A stretch of 64,000 nucleotides of DNA from Lentisphaerae bacterium GWF2_49_21 (GCA_001804805.1 MHBH01000073.1:94539-158538), one strand, 5' to 3'; counted from the stretch's first letter, positions 18,433 through 28,868 are shown. A program made the numbers and translations. The notes: generated from the letters alone by a model not told the origin.

Positions 18433-19083
18433 TCAGACCCCCTTTGTTTCCGGCTTCCATATGTACTTATGGATTTGAAGCTGGAGTCTGGCGGGGCTTT
18501 TATTCTTGATCATGAGCTTTGCCAGTGTCTCAGGAGTTATTTTACCGTAGACGGGACTGAAAAGGATGTTCCTGGTCTTCTTTAAGATCTGATATTTGCT
18601 GATCTTGTCCATGGCATAATTGAAATCCTTCTCGTCTGAAATTACGAACTTCACCTCGTCGTATGGCTTCAGCTTGTCGAAGTTCGAGATTAACATCTTG
18701 TCGGATTCCCCGCTTGAAGGGCATTTGCAGTCGACGATCCTTATCACGCCGTCGGGAAGGATGTCAATGGGCTGGCTGCCGTTGGTCTCGACCATCACGA
18801 TCAGTCCGGCTTCCTGGAGTTTCTCGCAAAGTGAAGAAACCTGGTGCTGGAGAAGCGGTTCTCCCCCGGTTATTTCAACTATTTGAACACCTTCCTTTTT
18901 TGCAAGTTCTACGAGTTTGAAGATGGACATTTCAGTCCCGAGATCAGGATTCCTGGCATATTTGGTGTCGCAGTATGAACAGTTGAGGTTGCATCCGGAG
19001 AGCCTAATGAAGTAGCAAATCTTCCCGGCATGGGTCGACTCCCCCTGGATGCTTGTGAAAGTCTCGACGATCTTAAGTTTCAT
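18433..19083 (-). CDS. queE: 7-carboxy-7-deazaguanine synthase (radical SAM)
   Basis: LSGCNLNCSYCDTKY (Cx3Cx2C) plus a QueE-like fold. Adjacent to queD. Confidence 0.8.
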   Translation of the reverse strand: MKLKIVETFTSIQGESTHAGKICYFIRLSGCNLNCSYCDTKYARNPDLGTEMSIFKLVELAKKEGVQIVEITGGEPLLQHQVSSLCEKLQEAGLIVMVETNGSQPIDILPDGVIRIVDCKCPSSGESDKMLISNFDKLKPYDEVKFVISDEKDFNYAMDKISKYQILKKTRNILFSPVYGKITPETLAKLMIKNKSPARLQLQIHKYIWKPETKGV

Positions 19084-19444
19084 AATACGTGGCTCCGGTA
19101 TCCTTTGATTCGGATATCCTGACCTTGGCGACCTTTACATGGCGGGCATTGATTTTAGCCGATAGCCTGTCATAAATGAATTTCGCCAGGCATTCGCTCG
19201 TGGGATTCGGCGAGCAGATGATATGGAGGTCATTGAGGTTTGAATGATCGAGTTTTGCGAGAACCGCATCAAGCTCGGTCTTCAGCTTCCTGAAATCCAC
19301 CGCAATTCCTATCTTGTCGAGTTTTTCGGATCTGACCGTCACCGTCACCGTCCAGTTATGTCCGTGGAGGGAAGCGCAGTTGCCCTTGTATCCCTTGAGC
19401 CTGTGTGCGGCGGAAAAATCCCTTCTGATGTCCACTTCAAACAT
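19073..19444 (-). CDS. queD: 6-carboxy-5,6,7,8-tetrahydropterin synthase
   Basis: 123 aa with CASLHGHNW…, the PTPS zinc-binding motif. Overlaps the queE start. Confidence 0.8.
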   Translation of the reverse strand: MFEVDIRRDFSAAHRLKGYKGNCASLHGHNWTVTVTVRSEKLDKIGIAVDFRKLKTELDAVLAKLDHSNLNDLHIICSPNPTSECLAKFIYDRLSAKINARHVKVAKVRISESKDTGATYYET

Positions 19445-19530
19445 AATTCAGTTCCATGATGTTTTTTAATTTCAAGATCACAGGAAGTATCCCGGTCATT
19501 CGACGGGACAAGTGCCTGTGGTACATTAAG

Positions 19531-20880
19531 TTATTTGAAAGTCACGAGGACCCTGATGCGTTTTACGGCATATGTGCCGGCGTTCTTCGCGAAAGTCCAG
19601 TCCGGCTTGCCCTTTTCCGGACTGTTTCCAATGCCAAGATCGGCATTGTTCCCTTCCGTCCAGTGGTTGAATGCAAAGATGGTCTCCCTGTCGTTGTAGT
19701 TATGTATTTGCATGGAGCCGTAGCCCTTTTCAGGTTCGAACATCTCATCTCCTGCATCGAACTCGCCGTCATAGGCATTCGGCACAGCCTTGGCGTTCTT
19801 TTCCCTGTAGTTGTTGGGCCAGAACTCGATGTTCCCCTTTAGATCCTTTCCGTTTGTAAGGCCTTTGACCTTGGAGATGACGGTCATTTTTTCGACGAGC
19901 TGCTGGAACTTGGCCTTCGATTCATAGGTGGGCACTCCGATCTTTGAGAGGTCGTCGGTGAAGGGATTCATTGAAACGAAAACCCACTGCAGATCACCGG
20001 TCTCGCCCTTGAGCTCCACATAATAGGCTACGCGGCTCAGTTTCTTGTTATATTTGGAGTGATCATCAACCTGATATTTGATCGCACCGTTGCTTTTGAC
20101 CAGATCCAGATCATAGATTAGGGTGTATTTCTTTGCATCAGGAACATTTACAGGAAGTGTATCCTTTGCAGGCTCTTCCTTCTTGGCGGTATCAGCAGGC
20201 TTTTTCTCCTCTTTCTTCTCCTCTTTCTTCTCTGGTTCAGCCTTGGCGGGTTCCGGCTCGGCGGGCTTGGGAGGTTCTGGAGGAGGGGGAGGTTCAGGAT
20301 CTATTCCTATGATGCCTTCCGGTGGAATCTTTGAAGGGGAAATGAAGTTTCTGGTTATCCTCACAAAGGGGATGAGGACATCTTCCGATTTGAGCTTGTT
20401 CAAGTTGTAGTGCAGGACGTATTCATTCTTTTCGTTGAAGGAAGGAAGCTGTACCTTGAAAAGCATGGTGTAAAGCTTGTCCGGTTTTGTGATGGCGAAC
20501 TCCCATTTGTCAGCTTCATAGCGGTTGTCTCCATCACTGATCCCCATGCATTTGAATTCATCCTTCTTCTTGTTCTGGAGGGAATAATCATAGACGCTCA
20601 GGGTCCTGCTTGGATCAAGCCTTACAGTAATTGTGGCAAAGGCCACATCCGTAGTGATCCTGGACGGAGGTTCAAACTTGCTGGCATTCAATACGATAGG
20701 GTTGAAAAAACCTTCAGGCATGAGTTCTGCGGCAAGAATGGTTCCCGAATGGAATCGTATGGAGGACGGCTTTTTCTTTTCCTTTTCAGCACCTTTCTTC
20801 TCAGCTTCCTGGCAGAATGACAGGCTCCCTGTTGCAAGGATCAGGGAAGCGGTTAAAATTGTTTTTAAAATGTTTCTCAT
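19531..20880 (-). CDS. Secreted hypothetical protein with a linker rich in Pro, Glu and Lys
   Basis: Signal peptide MRNILKTILTASLILATGSLSF, a central PEPPKPAEPEPAKAEPEKKEEKKEEKKP low-complexity linker, and globular N- and C-terminal domains with no recognisable motifs. Confidence 0.6.
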   Translation of the reverse strand: MRNILKTILTASLILATGSLSFCQEAEKKGAEKEKKKPSSIRFHSGTILAAELMPEGFFNPIVLNASKFEPPSRITTDVAFATITVRLDPSRTLSVYDYSLQNKKKDEFKCMGISDGDNRYEADKWEFAITKPDKLYTMLFKVQLPSFNEKNEYVLHYNLNKLKSEDVLIPFVRITRNFISPSKIPPEGIIGIDPEPPPPPEPPKPAEPEPAKAEPEKKEEKKEEKKPADTAKKEEPAKDTLPVNVPDAKKYTLIYDLDLVKSNGAIKYQVDDHSKYNKKLSRVAYYVELKGETGDLQWVFVSMNPFTDDLSKIGVPTYESKAKFQQLVEKMTVISKVKGLTNGKDLKGNIEFWPNNYREKNAKAVPNAYDGEFDAGDEMFEPEKGYGSMQIHNYNDRETIFAFNHWTEGNNADLGIGNSPEKGKPDWTFAKNAGTYAVKRIRVLVTFK

Positions 20881-20943
20881 GTCTTCTTTCCCGATAACTG
20901 AATAATATAAGCCTTTTTCTGCATAAAGACAAAAGATTTCAAA

Positions 20944-21606
20944 TTACTTTTTATCCGCGTCCAGAAGCCTCTGCATGGACATTCCGAATATTTCCAAGGT
21001 CCACTCGACGTCCGTGAAAGCGCGATGGGCCTGTCCGTCGCCGGTTCCAAGGCTGAAATGTCGCTGCAGATTCTGAAGGCTGTAGCTGGGCAGGCCGGGA
21101 TATGCATGCCTGATTATCGTGATGGAATCCATGGTCCTTCCGTTCCATAGGGCTATGCCGTGGCGGCTCAGGCTCTCCTGCAGGAATGCAAGATCGAACC
21201 TTCCATTGTGTGCGACGAGGATGCTGTCCTGCACGAATGCCATGAAATCTTTGCCGACGTTCGGGAAAGACGGGGATTTCCCGACCATCTCATTTGTTAT
21301 ACGGTGGATGCGTATGACTTCGTCAGGAATCCTGATTCCGGGTTTTACCAGCGAATGGAAGCGCGAATGAATGCCGTCGATGTCCACCCTGATCGCCGCG
21401 ATCTCCACGATCCTGTCGTTCACCGGAGACATGCCGGTGGTCTCCACGTCGAACACCGTGAACGGGCCCAGTTCATGCCATCTGGAAGGTTTTGAAGTCA
21501 ATTGTCCTCCTGAAAAAAATTCCAGATACTTTAGCGACCCAAAGCCGGAGTTAAACCTGAAAATAAAGGGAACCGATAAAATATTTCTTAGCCTGCGTTC
21601 AAGCAC
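20944..21606 (-). CDS. DEDDh 3'-5' exonuclease (DnaQ/PolIII-epsilon-like)
   Basis: Exo I FDVETTG, Exo II VAHNGRFD, and Exo III HRAFTDVEWT motifs. Confidence 0.8.
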   Translation of the reverse strand: MLERRLRNILSVPFIFRFNSGFGSLKYLEFFSGGQLTSKPSRWHELGPFTVFDVETTGMSPVNDRIVEIAAIRVDIDGIHSRFHSLVKPGIRIPDEVIRIHRITNEMVGKSPSFPNVGKDFMAFVQDSILVAHNGRFDLAFLQESLSRHGIALWNGRTMDSITIIRHAYPGLPSYSLQNLQRHFSLGTGDGQAHRAFTDVEWTLEIFGMSMQRLLDADKK

Positions 21607-21876
21607 TTACATGATTTTTAAACTTCAAGTCATCAAAAGAGTTTGATTTTATTGCTTTGAAAAGGAATAGTTCATAAATAGAGCCCGTCCACAAAAAGCT
21701 GTTTTTGTGGATTTGATTTCATCAAAGTCATCCGGGCTCTTAAAAAACTCCTCACTTTGGTGCGGTAAAATTATTTTTCTTTCTCGCGTTCGGATTTTTT
21801 TACTTTTGATTGATTTTGGGCGCAAGCACTCTTGCGGACTTCTGACCGCTTTGCCTCTTCAGTCTTTGAAACGGTT

Positions 21877-23358
21877 TTATCCGGTTTTCAAAAGTCCATC
21901 CTCTTCCGCTTCCGGAAGTCTTGCCAGTACCCAGAGGTTGTGGGAGAAAACAGCCCATGCCAGATCCCTCTCCCTCTGCTCAAAGCTTTTGCCGGATGCC
22001 GGATTCCCTACAAATCCATTTCTGACTATTGCTATTCTCCCCTCGGTCTGCGCCCTGCGCTTCTGCATCATTATGAACTTCTGTTCATCCTGGCGCTTCT
22101 TCAACTCTTCACGACTCCGCGGACAGATGGCGTTGTAGATTTTCTCCTTCATGAGTCGGTTCCTCGTGGTCGGTCCGTCGAACCCCCTGTCTCCGGCGAG
22201 CGCCTTTACTTCCAGATCCCTGGCTGAAAGACGGTCGAGACTTTCAGCAAGCTGCTTCACGTCTCCGGGTGCGGCATCCCTGTAGAGCTTGAAATCAACG
22301 ACAAGCCCGTCAGCCTGTTCAGCAAGATAGAGGACATTCCCGAACTCCACCTCGGAAGATTCCTTCCCGCGCGTGACAACACGGACCCCATCCTCATAGA
22401 GGCTCAATATCTTGTCCTTGTTCTCCGTTTTCCTCCCGCCGATGATCCTGTCATGCGCCTGCTTCACCGCCGCAGGCAGTTTTCCCAGGACGTTTTCCAT
22501 CCTGCCCATTATCTCCTGTGCACTGAGTTCGTCAAGATCGGTTTCAGCTTCCCAGTTTTCACGGAGCAGATCGCAATATCTCCTTCCGTGCTTCCTCACC
22601 ACCTCCGCAATCTTCTTCATTTCGCGCAGTACCCTCTTGCGTTCCTTCCTCGAATCCTTCCTCCTCCTCGAACTGGACATGTCCATGCAGCATTTGTTGA
22701 TCTGCGTCAGGAAGCTCCCGGGACTCGGGATCCGGTGGACCAGCCCATGCCTCCTTGTCGTGAGTATCGACTTTACAAGGGTTCTTACCGCATCCCGCAG
22801 AAGCAGCCAGTCCACGGGAAAATGTATGTTCGCCTCAAGGCAGCAGGCATCCACAAATATCTCGTCCGTGGCAAGTGCCGTCTCAAGCCCTATCCGCGCG
22901 TGGTTGTCCCGGGCGAGGACGACAACCTTGTCCACAAGCGAGGAAATCTTTTCCGCAGGAAGGAACTTCGAATACTTCTGGAGAAGGCTCTTGCAGGGGA
23001 CTTTCACTTCATCCATTGCCACTACGCCTATGAACCTCTGCAGTACGGGGCTTTCCGCGATCCTCCTGCTCAGGCCGATGAAGCTTTCATCGAGATAATG
23101 ACGCAGTATGTTGCATCTCATGGCTCTCACAGCGTATTTCGCAAGCCTCTTCCTCGCTGTGGGTTTCAGGCTTTGCCTGACATGATTCTCAACGTGCTCC
23201 CAGTATGCGGTGACCGCATCAAAGTCAACGCCTCCATCCCGTAAAATGTAATCAATCTTTTCAAGAAGAAGGCAGTACTCCCTGAATTCTTTGTTGTTTT
23301 TTACTACGGGAATTGCTGGACAAAGCTCGGCTTGGAATGATATTACGTCTCGGGACAT
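21877..23358 (-). mobile_element. DDE transposase gene (IS4/IS5/IS1182-like); the insertion-sequence boundaries are not resolved
   Basis: 493 aa. The C-terminal Q-x2-R-x3-E-x6-R pattern (QKRRAQTEGRIAIVRN) resembles the Y2R3E6K signature of IS4/IS5 transposases. It separates the DnaQ-like gene from dnaE. No convincing terminal inverted repeats were found by eye. Confidence 0.55.
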
Positions 23359-23533
23359 GCATGTGCCTTTCAGTTATAATTGCATTATTTTCGGACTTCT
23401 GGCGATTTTCGATTATAATGCAGTGTGCTGTGGTATATGCAAGTCCCTTTCTATTAATTATTTATGTTTTTATGGATAAGCTCTAAATATTTTCTTTGGG
23501 AGAGAAAATATTTATAAAGGGGAAAGATTTTCG

Positions 23534-26500
23534 ATGCCGACTGAATTCGTACATCTGCATGTTCATTCTGACTACAGCGTTCTCGACGGGGCATGTTCGA
23601 TATCGGGGCTCGCGGAACTTGCTGCGCAGAACGGGATGAGGGCCGTGGCGGTGACCGACCATGGATACATGGGAGGAGCCCTTGAAGCCTATAAGGAGAT
23701 GAACAAGAACAAGGTCAAGCCTATCATCGGCGTTGAAACCTATGTCTCACCGACTTTCATGTCCGACAAGGACAACAACCGCGAGGATATCCGAGGGTAC
23801 CACCTGATCCTTCTTGCCTCGGATTTTACCGGGTATCAGAATCTCTGCAAGCTTGCGACGGCATCGGTACTCGAAGGATTCTACTACAATCCGAGGATAG
23901 ACAAGAAGATACTGGCCGAGCACAGCAAGGGGCTGATCGGAATGAGCGCCTGCCTCAGCGGGGAGATTGCCAGGGCGATCCAGCATAACAAGATTAAGGA
24001 CGCCAAGAAGATACTTGCCCAGTACCTTGACATCTTCGGCAAGGGTAATTTCTACCTCGAAGTCATGGAACATGGGATTGCCGAACAGAAATTGGTGAAC
24101 AAGGAGCTTGTACTCCTGAGCCGTGAATTCGGAATTCCCCTTGTAGCCACTAACGATGTCCATTATCTGAAGAAGGAGCACGCCAAGTCCCATGAACTCA
24201 TGCTCTGCATCCAGACGCACTCCATCATAAGCGACGAGAAGAGGATGAAGATGCATGGGGACCAGTTCTATTTCAAGACCGGCGACGAGATGGCCGCAGC
24301 CTTCCCCGAACTTCCAGAAGCTCTTAAGAACACTCTTGAAGTGGCTGAAAGATGCAATGTCAGCATCCCTACCGGCACTGATGTCAACCATTATCCCGTC
24401 TACCAGGTGGGACCTGGAGAGACGCAGAAACAGGTGCTCAGGAAAATATGCATCGAGGGTATGAGGGAGAGATACGGTTTTGACGCTTCTGATGAATCAA
24501 AGCTCGATGAAGAACAGAAAAAGATACTCCAGCGCATGGATTATGAACTCGGTGTCATAGACAATTCCAAATATTCGAGCTATTTCCTGGTGGTCTGGGA
24601 TTTCATAAAATACGCACGTGACAACAAGATCCCCGTCGGACCGGGACGAGGCAGCGGTGCAGGAAGCATTGTCGCATATCTGAGCAAGATCACCGACGTG
24701 GATCCTCTAAGGTACAAGCTGCTGTTTGAAAGGTTCCTGAATCCTGAACGTGTAAGCCCGCCCGACTTCGATATAGACTTCTGCGAACTTCGCAGATACG
24801 AGGTCATTGAATATGTCCGCAGGAAATACGGCAAGGACAGCGTCGCCCAGCTTGGGACCTATGGAACACTTAAGCCCAAGGCGGTTGTGAAGGATATTGC
24901 AAGGGTAATAGGGAGGACATTCGCCGAGGGAAACCAGCTGACAAAGCTCATTCCCGAGAAGAAAGTGGTCGAAGGGGAAGGTGAAGATACGAAGATAACC
25001 CTCGACTCAGCAATAGAGCAGAGCAGGGAGCTCAGGGAGTTCATGGAGAAGGAGCCGTGGGTTCGTGAAGTCATAGAATATGCAAAACCTCTCGAGGACC
25101 TGATAAGGAACATGACGATACATGCGGCCGGAGTCATCATCGGCGACCAGCCTCTCAGCAATCTCGTTCCGCTTGCCGTCGGAGGCAAGGACGAAGTGAT
25201 TACCCAGTATGCGGCCAAGTACTGCGAGGATCTCGGTCTTCTGAAAATGGACTTCCTCGGGCTCAGTACTCTCACCATCATCGATGATGCTGTGAAAAGG
25301 ATCAAGGAACATAATGGCGATATTGACATAGAGAGAATTCCTTTAGATGATAAAAAGGCCTTCGAGCTCCTGAACAGGGGTGATACAATTGCCGTGTTCC
25401 AGCTTGAATCTACCGGTATGCAGGACCTCTGCAAGAAGTTCGGGGTCGACAAGATTGAAGACATCATAGCACTCATTGCGCTTTATCGTCCCGGCCCCAT
25501 GCAGTTCATTCCGGAGTTTATTTCCAGGAAGAGCGGCCAGACGAAAATTGAATATGATCATCCGGCAATGGAGAAGATCCTGAACGAAACATATGGAATC
25601 ATGCTCTACCAGGAGCAGGTGATGCAGGCCGTCCAGGAAGTCGCGGGTTTCTCGCTGGGCCAGGCTGACATCCTCAGGAGGGCGATTGGAAAGAAGAAGG
25701 TCAAGGAACTCGCCGCTCAGCACGAAAAATTCATACAGGGCTGCGCCGCGAACAAGATTTCAAAGGAGAGGGCGGAGCAGATATGGGAGAAGATTGCGAA
25801 GTTCGCAGGCTACGGTTTCAACAAGTCGCACAGCGCGGCTTACGGGATCATAGCCTACAGGACTGCCTATCTCAAGGCGAATTTTCCAGTGGAATTCATG
25901 GCGGCTGTCCTTTCAAATGTCATAGATAGCTCTGAAAAGGTCGCGTTCTTCATACAGGAATGCAAGGAGATGAATATTCCGGTGATGCCGCCGGATGTGA
26001 ACAGGAGCGATGCGAGCTTTACGGTCGACGGAAAAGGGGTGAGGTTCGGACTGGCCGCCATCAAGGGAGTTGGAACTGTCGCTGCGCAGGCGGTCATCGA
26101 TTCAAGGAGGAAGGAAGGTGAATTCAAGAGCCTGATAGAGTTCTGCGAGAGGGTGGGACCTTCCGTTAACATGAGGATGCTTGAAAATCTCGCAAGGGCC
26201 GGGGCCTTCGGAGGTTTCGGTCTCAAGCGTTCGCAGCTTGTGAAGATGTTCGAGCCGGCGATGGCTCTCTCAGCGAAGAAGGTCGCCGACAAGAAGAGCG
26301 GACAAGGCTCGCTATTCGACATGTTCGCAGGCGATGAGAAGAATGAAATGACCACCGTCCAGGTGCCGGACATTCCGGAATTCCATGAACAGGAGATCCT
26401 GAAGGATGAAAAGGAGCTTCTGGGATTCTATGTGACCGGACATCCGCTCGGTGAATATGAGAACATAATAAAGACATATTCGACTTCCTCAATCTCCAAG

Positions 26501-27121
26501 GTCAGCGAGCTTCCTATGGATTCGGGAGTGAGGATAGGCGGAATTATTAATACTATTTCGGTCAAGATATCGAAGAAGAAAACTCCCTTCGCCTTTCTCC
26601 AGGTGGAGGATCTGGAAGGTGCGATTGAATGCATAGCCTGGCCGGATATCTATGAAAAGCTGGACAAGGAGATCCTGAAGGAAAACGTACCTGTCTTCAT
26701 AGAGGGGCATGTTGATATCAGCGGAGAAGGGGATGCCAGGAAGGCCAAGATAATAATAACCAGTGTTTATCCTATGTCTTCAGTCCAGGAGAAATACACG
26801 AAGGAAGTCCATATCCGGATATACGAAGCGAGCACCGGCAGGGACAAGCTCGATGAGATACAAAAAATATGCGGGAAATATCCGGGCGAGAGCAGGACAA
26901 TCTTCTGCATAACATGCGCATCCGGGGAAATCGCCTTCATAGAGACGTCGAAGAAGTTCAATATCAGGGTGAACAATGAATTCGTAAATGATGTAAGGAA
27001 TCTGCTTGGCGAACATGCCCTCCATTTCAAGGCCGACCTAACCCCCATTCCGCAGAAGAAGAGATGGAAAGACAACGGCAACGGCAATGGAAGGCGGTTC
27101 AATAACGGCGGGGATGAATAG
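23534..27121 (+). CDS. dnaE: DNA polymerase III alpha subunit
   Basis: 1195 aa. PHP domain FVHLHVHSDYSVLDG, a polymerase core, and an OB fold. Confidence 0.9.
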   Translation: MPTEFVHLHVHSDYSVLDGACSISGLAELAAQNGMRAVAVTDHGYMGGALEAYKEMNKNKVKPIIGVETYVSPTFMSDKDNNREDIRGYHLILLASDFTGYQNLCKLATASVLEGFYYNPRIDKKILAEHSKGLIGMSACLSGEIARAIQHNKIKDAKKILAQYLDIFGKGNFYLEVMEHGIAEQKLVNKELVLLSREFGIPLVATNDVHYLKKEHAKSHELMLCIQTHSIISDEKRMKMHGDQFYFKTGDEMAAAFPELPEALKNTLEVAERCNVSIPTGTDVNHYPVYQVGPGETQKQVLRKICIEGMRERYGFDASDESKLDEEQKKILQRMDYELGVIDNSKYSSYFLVVWDFIKYARDNKIPVGPGRGSGAGSIVAYLSKITDVDPLRYKLLFERFLNPERVSPPDFDIDFCELRRYEVIEYVRRKYGKDSVAQLGTYGTLKPKAVVKDIARVIGRTFAEGNQLTKLIPEKKVVEGEGEDTKITLDSAIEQSRELREFMEKEPWVREVIEYAKPLEDLIRNMTIHAAGVIIGDQPLSNLVPLAVGGKDEVITQYAAKYCEDLGLLKMDFLGLSTLTIIDDAVKRIKEHNGDIDIERIPLDDKKAFELLNRGDTIAVFQLESTGMQDLCKKFGVDKIEDIIALIALYRPGPMQFIPEFISRKSGQTKIEYDHPAMEKILNETYGIMLYQEQVMQAVQEVAGFSLGQADILRRAIGKKKVKELAAQHEKFIQGCAANKISKERAEQIWEKIAKFAGYGFNKSHSAAYGIIAYRTAYLKANFPVEFMAAVLSNVIDSSEKVAFFIQECKEMNIPVMPPDVNRSDASFTVDGKGVRFGLAAIKGVGTVAAQAVIDSRRKEGEFKSLIEFCERVGPSVNMRMLENLARAGAFGGFGLKRSQLVKMFEPAMALSAKKVADKKSGQGSLFDMFAGDEKNEMTTVQVPDIPEFHEQEILKDEKELLGFYVTGHPLGEYENIIKTYSTSSISKVSELPMDSGVRIGGIINTISVKISKKKTPFAFLQVEDLEGAIECIAWPDIYEKLDKEILKENVPVFIEGHVDISGEGDARKAKIIITSVYPMSSVQEKYTKEVHIRIYEASTGRDKLDEIQKICGKYPGESRTIFCITCASGEIAFIETSKKFNIRVNNEFVNDVRNLLGEHALHFKADLTPIPQKKRWKDNGNGNGRRFNNGGDE

Positions 27122-27321
27122 GGACGAATCGGAGAAACGGCGTATCGGCGATTTAAAACCATGACACGTAATTTGATAATGGTTTTAAGTTTTAGGTGGT
27201 AAGTTTTAAGTAGGGGATTTTATTCATGGGTTCTTTTAATTCTCTTTGCTGCTTAGAACCTAAAACTTAACACTTAAAACCATGACGACTGACGACTAAC
27301 AACGGACGACTGACGACTATC
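27122..27321 (+). repeat. Structured repeat-rich leader with hairpin, direct and inverted repeats, and (gacgact)2…(gacgact)2
   Basis: Hairpin aaaaccat…atggtttt (27158-27189). aagtttta appears twice, and its inverse cctaaaactt follows. aaaaccatgac appears twice (27158 and 27279). gacgactgacgacta…gacgactgacgacta ends at the start codon. Confidence 0.45.
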
Positions 27322-28128
27322 ATGCTGATCACCAGTTTACAGAATGAACGTATCAAATATGCGGTAAAGCTCTGGAACCGGCGTTCCAGGGAAGAGGAGA
27401 AACGTACTCTCCTTGAAGGATACCGGGCAATAACCCGGGCGAACCAGTGCAGGATGAAGATAGAGGAATGCTTCTACTGTCCATCGATGTTCCTCGGCGA
27501 GAATGAAAATGAGCTTCTTGCGAAACTCGCGGAATCCGGAACCGTCACAACCGAAACCACCGACCGTGTGTTTGCGAAACTCGCATACCGGGACCGCCCC
27601 GAAGGTCTCATTGCAATAGCGGAAGCCAGGGAACACCGGCTTGACGATCTGCCGTTCGTGAAAAACGGTCTTTATCTCGTTGCGGAAAGAATCGAAAAAC
27701 CCGGCAATCTGGGTGCAATTTTGAGGTCGGCGGATGCCGCCGGAGCAAGCGGTATAATTGTCTGCGACAAATGTACCGACATCTACAATCCGAATGTGAT
27801 AACAGCCAGCACAGGTACGCTTTTCTCTGTTCCTCTTGCGGAGACTTCATCGCAGGAGGCTGCCTTGTGGCTGAAGAAGAATGGGATCAGGACTCTTGCC
27901 GCGACTCCGCACACTGACAAGAACTACACCGATATCGACATGACCGCCGGGATTGCAATAGTCGTCGGAGCCGAACAATACGGGCTCAGCGAATTCTGGC
28001 TGAAGAACTCGGACATCAGCGTGAAGATATCCATGCTCGGTCTCGCCGACTCACTGAATGTCTCCACTGCGACCACCATCCTCCTCTATGAAGCCGCCCG
28101 CCAGAGGGGCTGGCGGAAGAGCACTTGA
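27322..28128 (+). CDS. SpoU/TrmH-family RNA 2'-O-methyltransferase
   Basis: LVAERIEKPGNLGAILRSADAAGASGII (SpoU motif 1), then a C-terminal …LNVSTATTILLYE knot motif. Confidence 0.8.
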   Translation: MLITSLQNERIKYAVKLWNRRSREEEKRTLLEGYRAITRANQCRMKIEECFYCPSMFLGENENELLAKLAESGTVTTETTDRVFAKLAYRDRPEGLIAIAEAREHRLDDLPFVKNGLYLVAERIEKPGNLGAILRSADAAGASGIIVCDKCTDIYNPNVITASTGTLFSVPLAETSSQEAALWLKKNGIRTLAATPHTDKNYTDIDMTAGIAIVVGAEQYGLSEFWLKNSDISVKISMLGLADSLNVSTATTILLYEAARQRGWRKST

Positions 28129-28184
28129 TAAATCGCCTGCAGCATGTTACCTTACTTTAAAATAATAAGTAAGGAAGCAAGCCC

Positions 28185-28448
28185 ATGATAAGTACAATCA
28201 AGATTACAAGCAAACGTCAGGCCACTCTTCCTGTCGCATTGTGCAACCAGCTTGGAATAAAGCCTGGAGACAGGCTGCTTTTGGACAGCCGCCAGATTGA
28301 AGGGAAAAGGATGTGGATTGTCAGTATTCCGGAGAAAGCAAAGACCAAGTGGTTTGGAAGCCTGCGCAAGTACTCAAAAGGGAAAAAACACGGTATGGAT
28401 TCCATTAGGAAAAGCATAGCTGTGAAGCTTGCGAAGGAAAGGGATTGA
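28185..28448 (+). CDS. AbrB/SpoVT-type antitoxin
   Basis: 87 aa. N-terminal swapped-hairpin motif KITSKRQATLPVALCNQLGIKPGD. Lies upstream of a PIN gene. Confidence 0.55.
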   Translation: MISTIKITSKRQATLPVALCNQLGIKPGDRLLLDSRQIEGKRMWIVSIPEKAKTKWFGSLRKYSKGKKHGMDSIRKSIAVKLAKERD

Positions 28449-28451
28449 GCC

Positions 28452-28844
28452 TTGAAATCATTTGGACTTGATACGACGGTTGTCCTCAGGCTGCTTGTCG
28501 GAGAGCCGGAGGAACAGGCGAAAAGGGCATTCGATTTCCTTGATAAATGCCATTCCGATGGAATTGACCTCCATGTAAGCGACTTGGTAGTCGTTGAGAC
28601 TTACCATGCGCTGGTCTATCATTATGAAGCACCTAAGGCTGAAGCTGTTAAGGTCCTTTGTGAATTCATATCTTCGCCAATGATAAAGGCTTCTGGCCAT
28701 GCGAAAGAGGTTCTTTCGGAATACAGGGGTACCGGTGCCGGACTTGCCGACAGGATGATAAGGGCCGATTATCTGAAACATACTGGGAAAGTAGTGACAT
28801 TTGATGCGGATTTCGCAAAACTCGAAAATGTCAGCAGGATATGA
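28452..28844 (+). CDS. PIN-domain toxin (VapC-like); TTG start
   Basis: 130 aa beginning (TTG) KSFGLDTTVVL, with conserved D, E and D positions (…VVVETYHAL…TFDADFAK). It starts 4 nt after the antitoxin stop. Confidence 0.55.
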   Translation: MKSFGLDTTVVLRLLVGEPEEQAKRAFDFLDKCHSDGIDLHVSDLVVVETYHALVYHYEAPKAEAVKVLCEFISSPMIKASGHAKEVLSEYRGTGAGLADRMIRADYLKHTGKVVTFDADFAKLENVSRI

Positions 28845-28868
28845 ACTTATTTTTCAAGAAAGGATCTG

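Noticed and set aside
18433-19444. queE-queD as part of a 7-deazaguanine DNA-modification (Dpd-like) defence system
   Set aside because: There is no tgt/dpdA homologue, no queC and no helicase or nuclease partner adjacent. The pair is more simply explained as housekeeping queuosine biosynthesis.
21835-23401. 10-bp direct match flanking the transposase as a target-site duplication
   Set aside because: The matches lie 25-35 bp beyond the ORF ends and are not adjacent to identifiable inverted repeats. The chance of a 10-mer match between two 200-bp regions is not negligible (a few percent). It is recorded only as a weak observation.
23747-26710. Multiple minus-strand ORFs (84-214 aa) inside dnaE
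   Set aside because: They lie antisense to a highly conserved 1195-aa polymerase gene. Their compositions are biased and no motif is recognisable.
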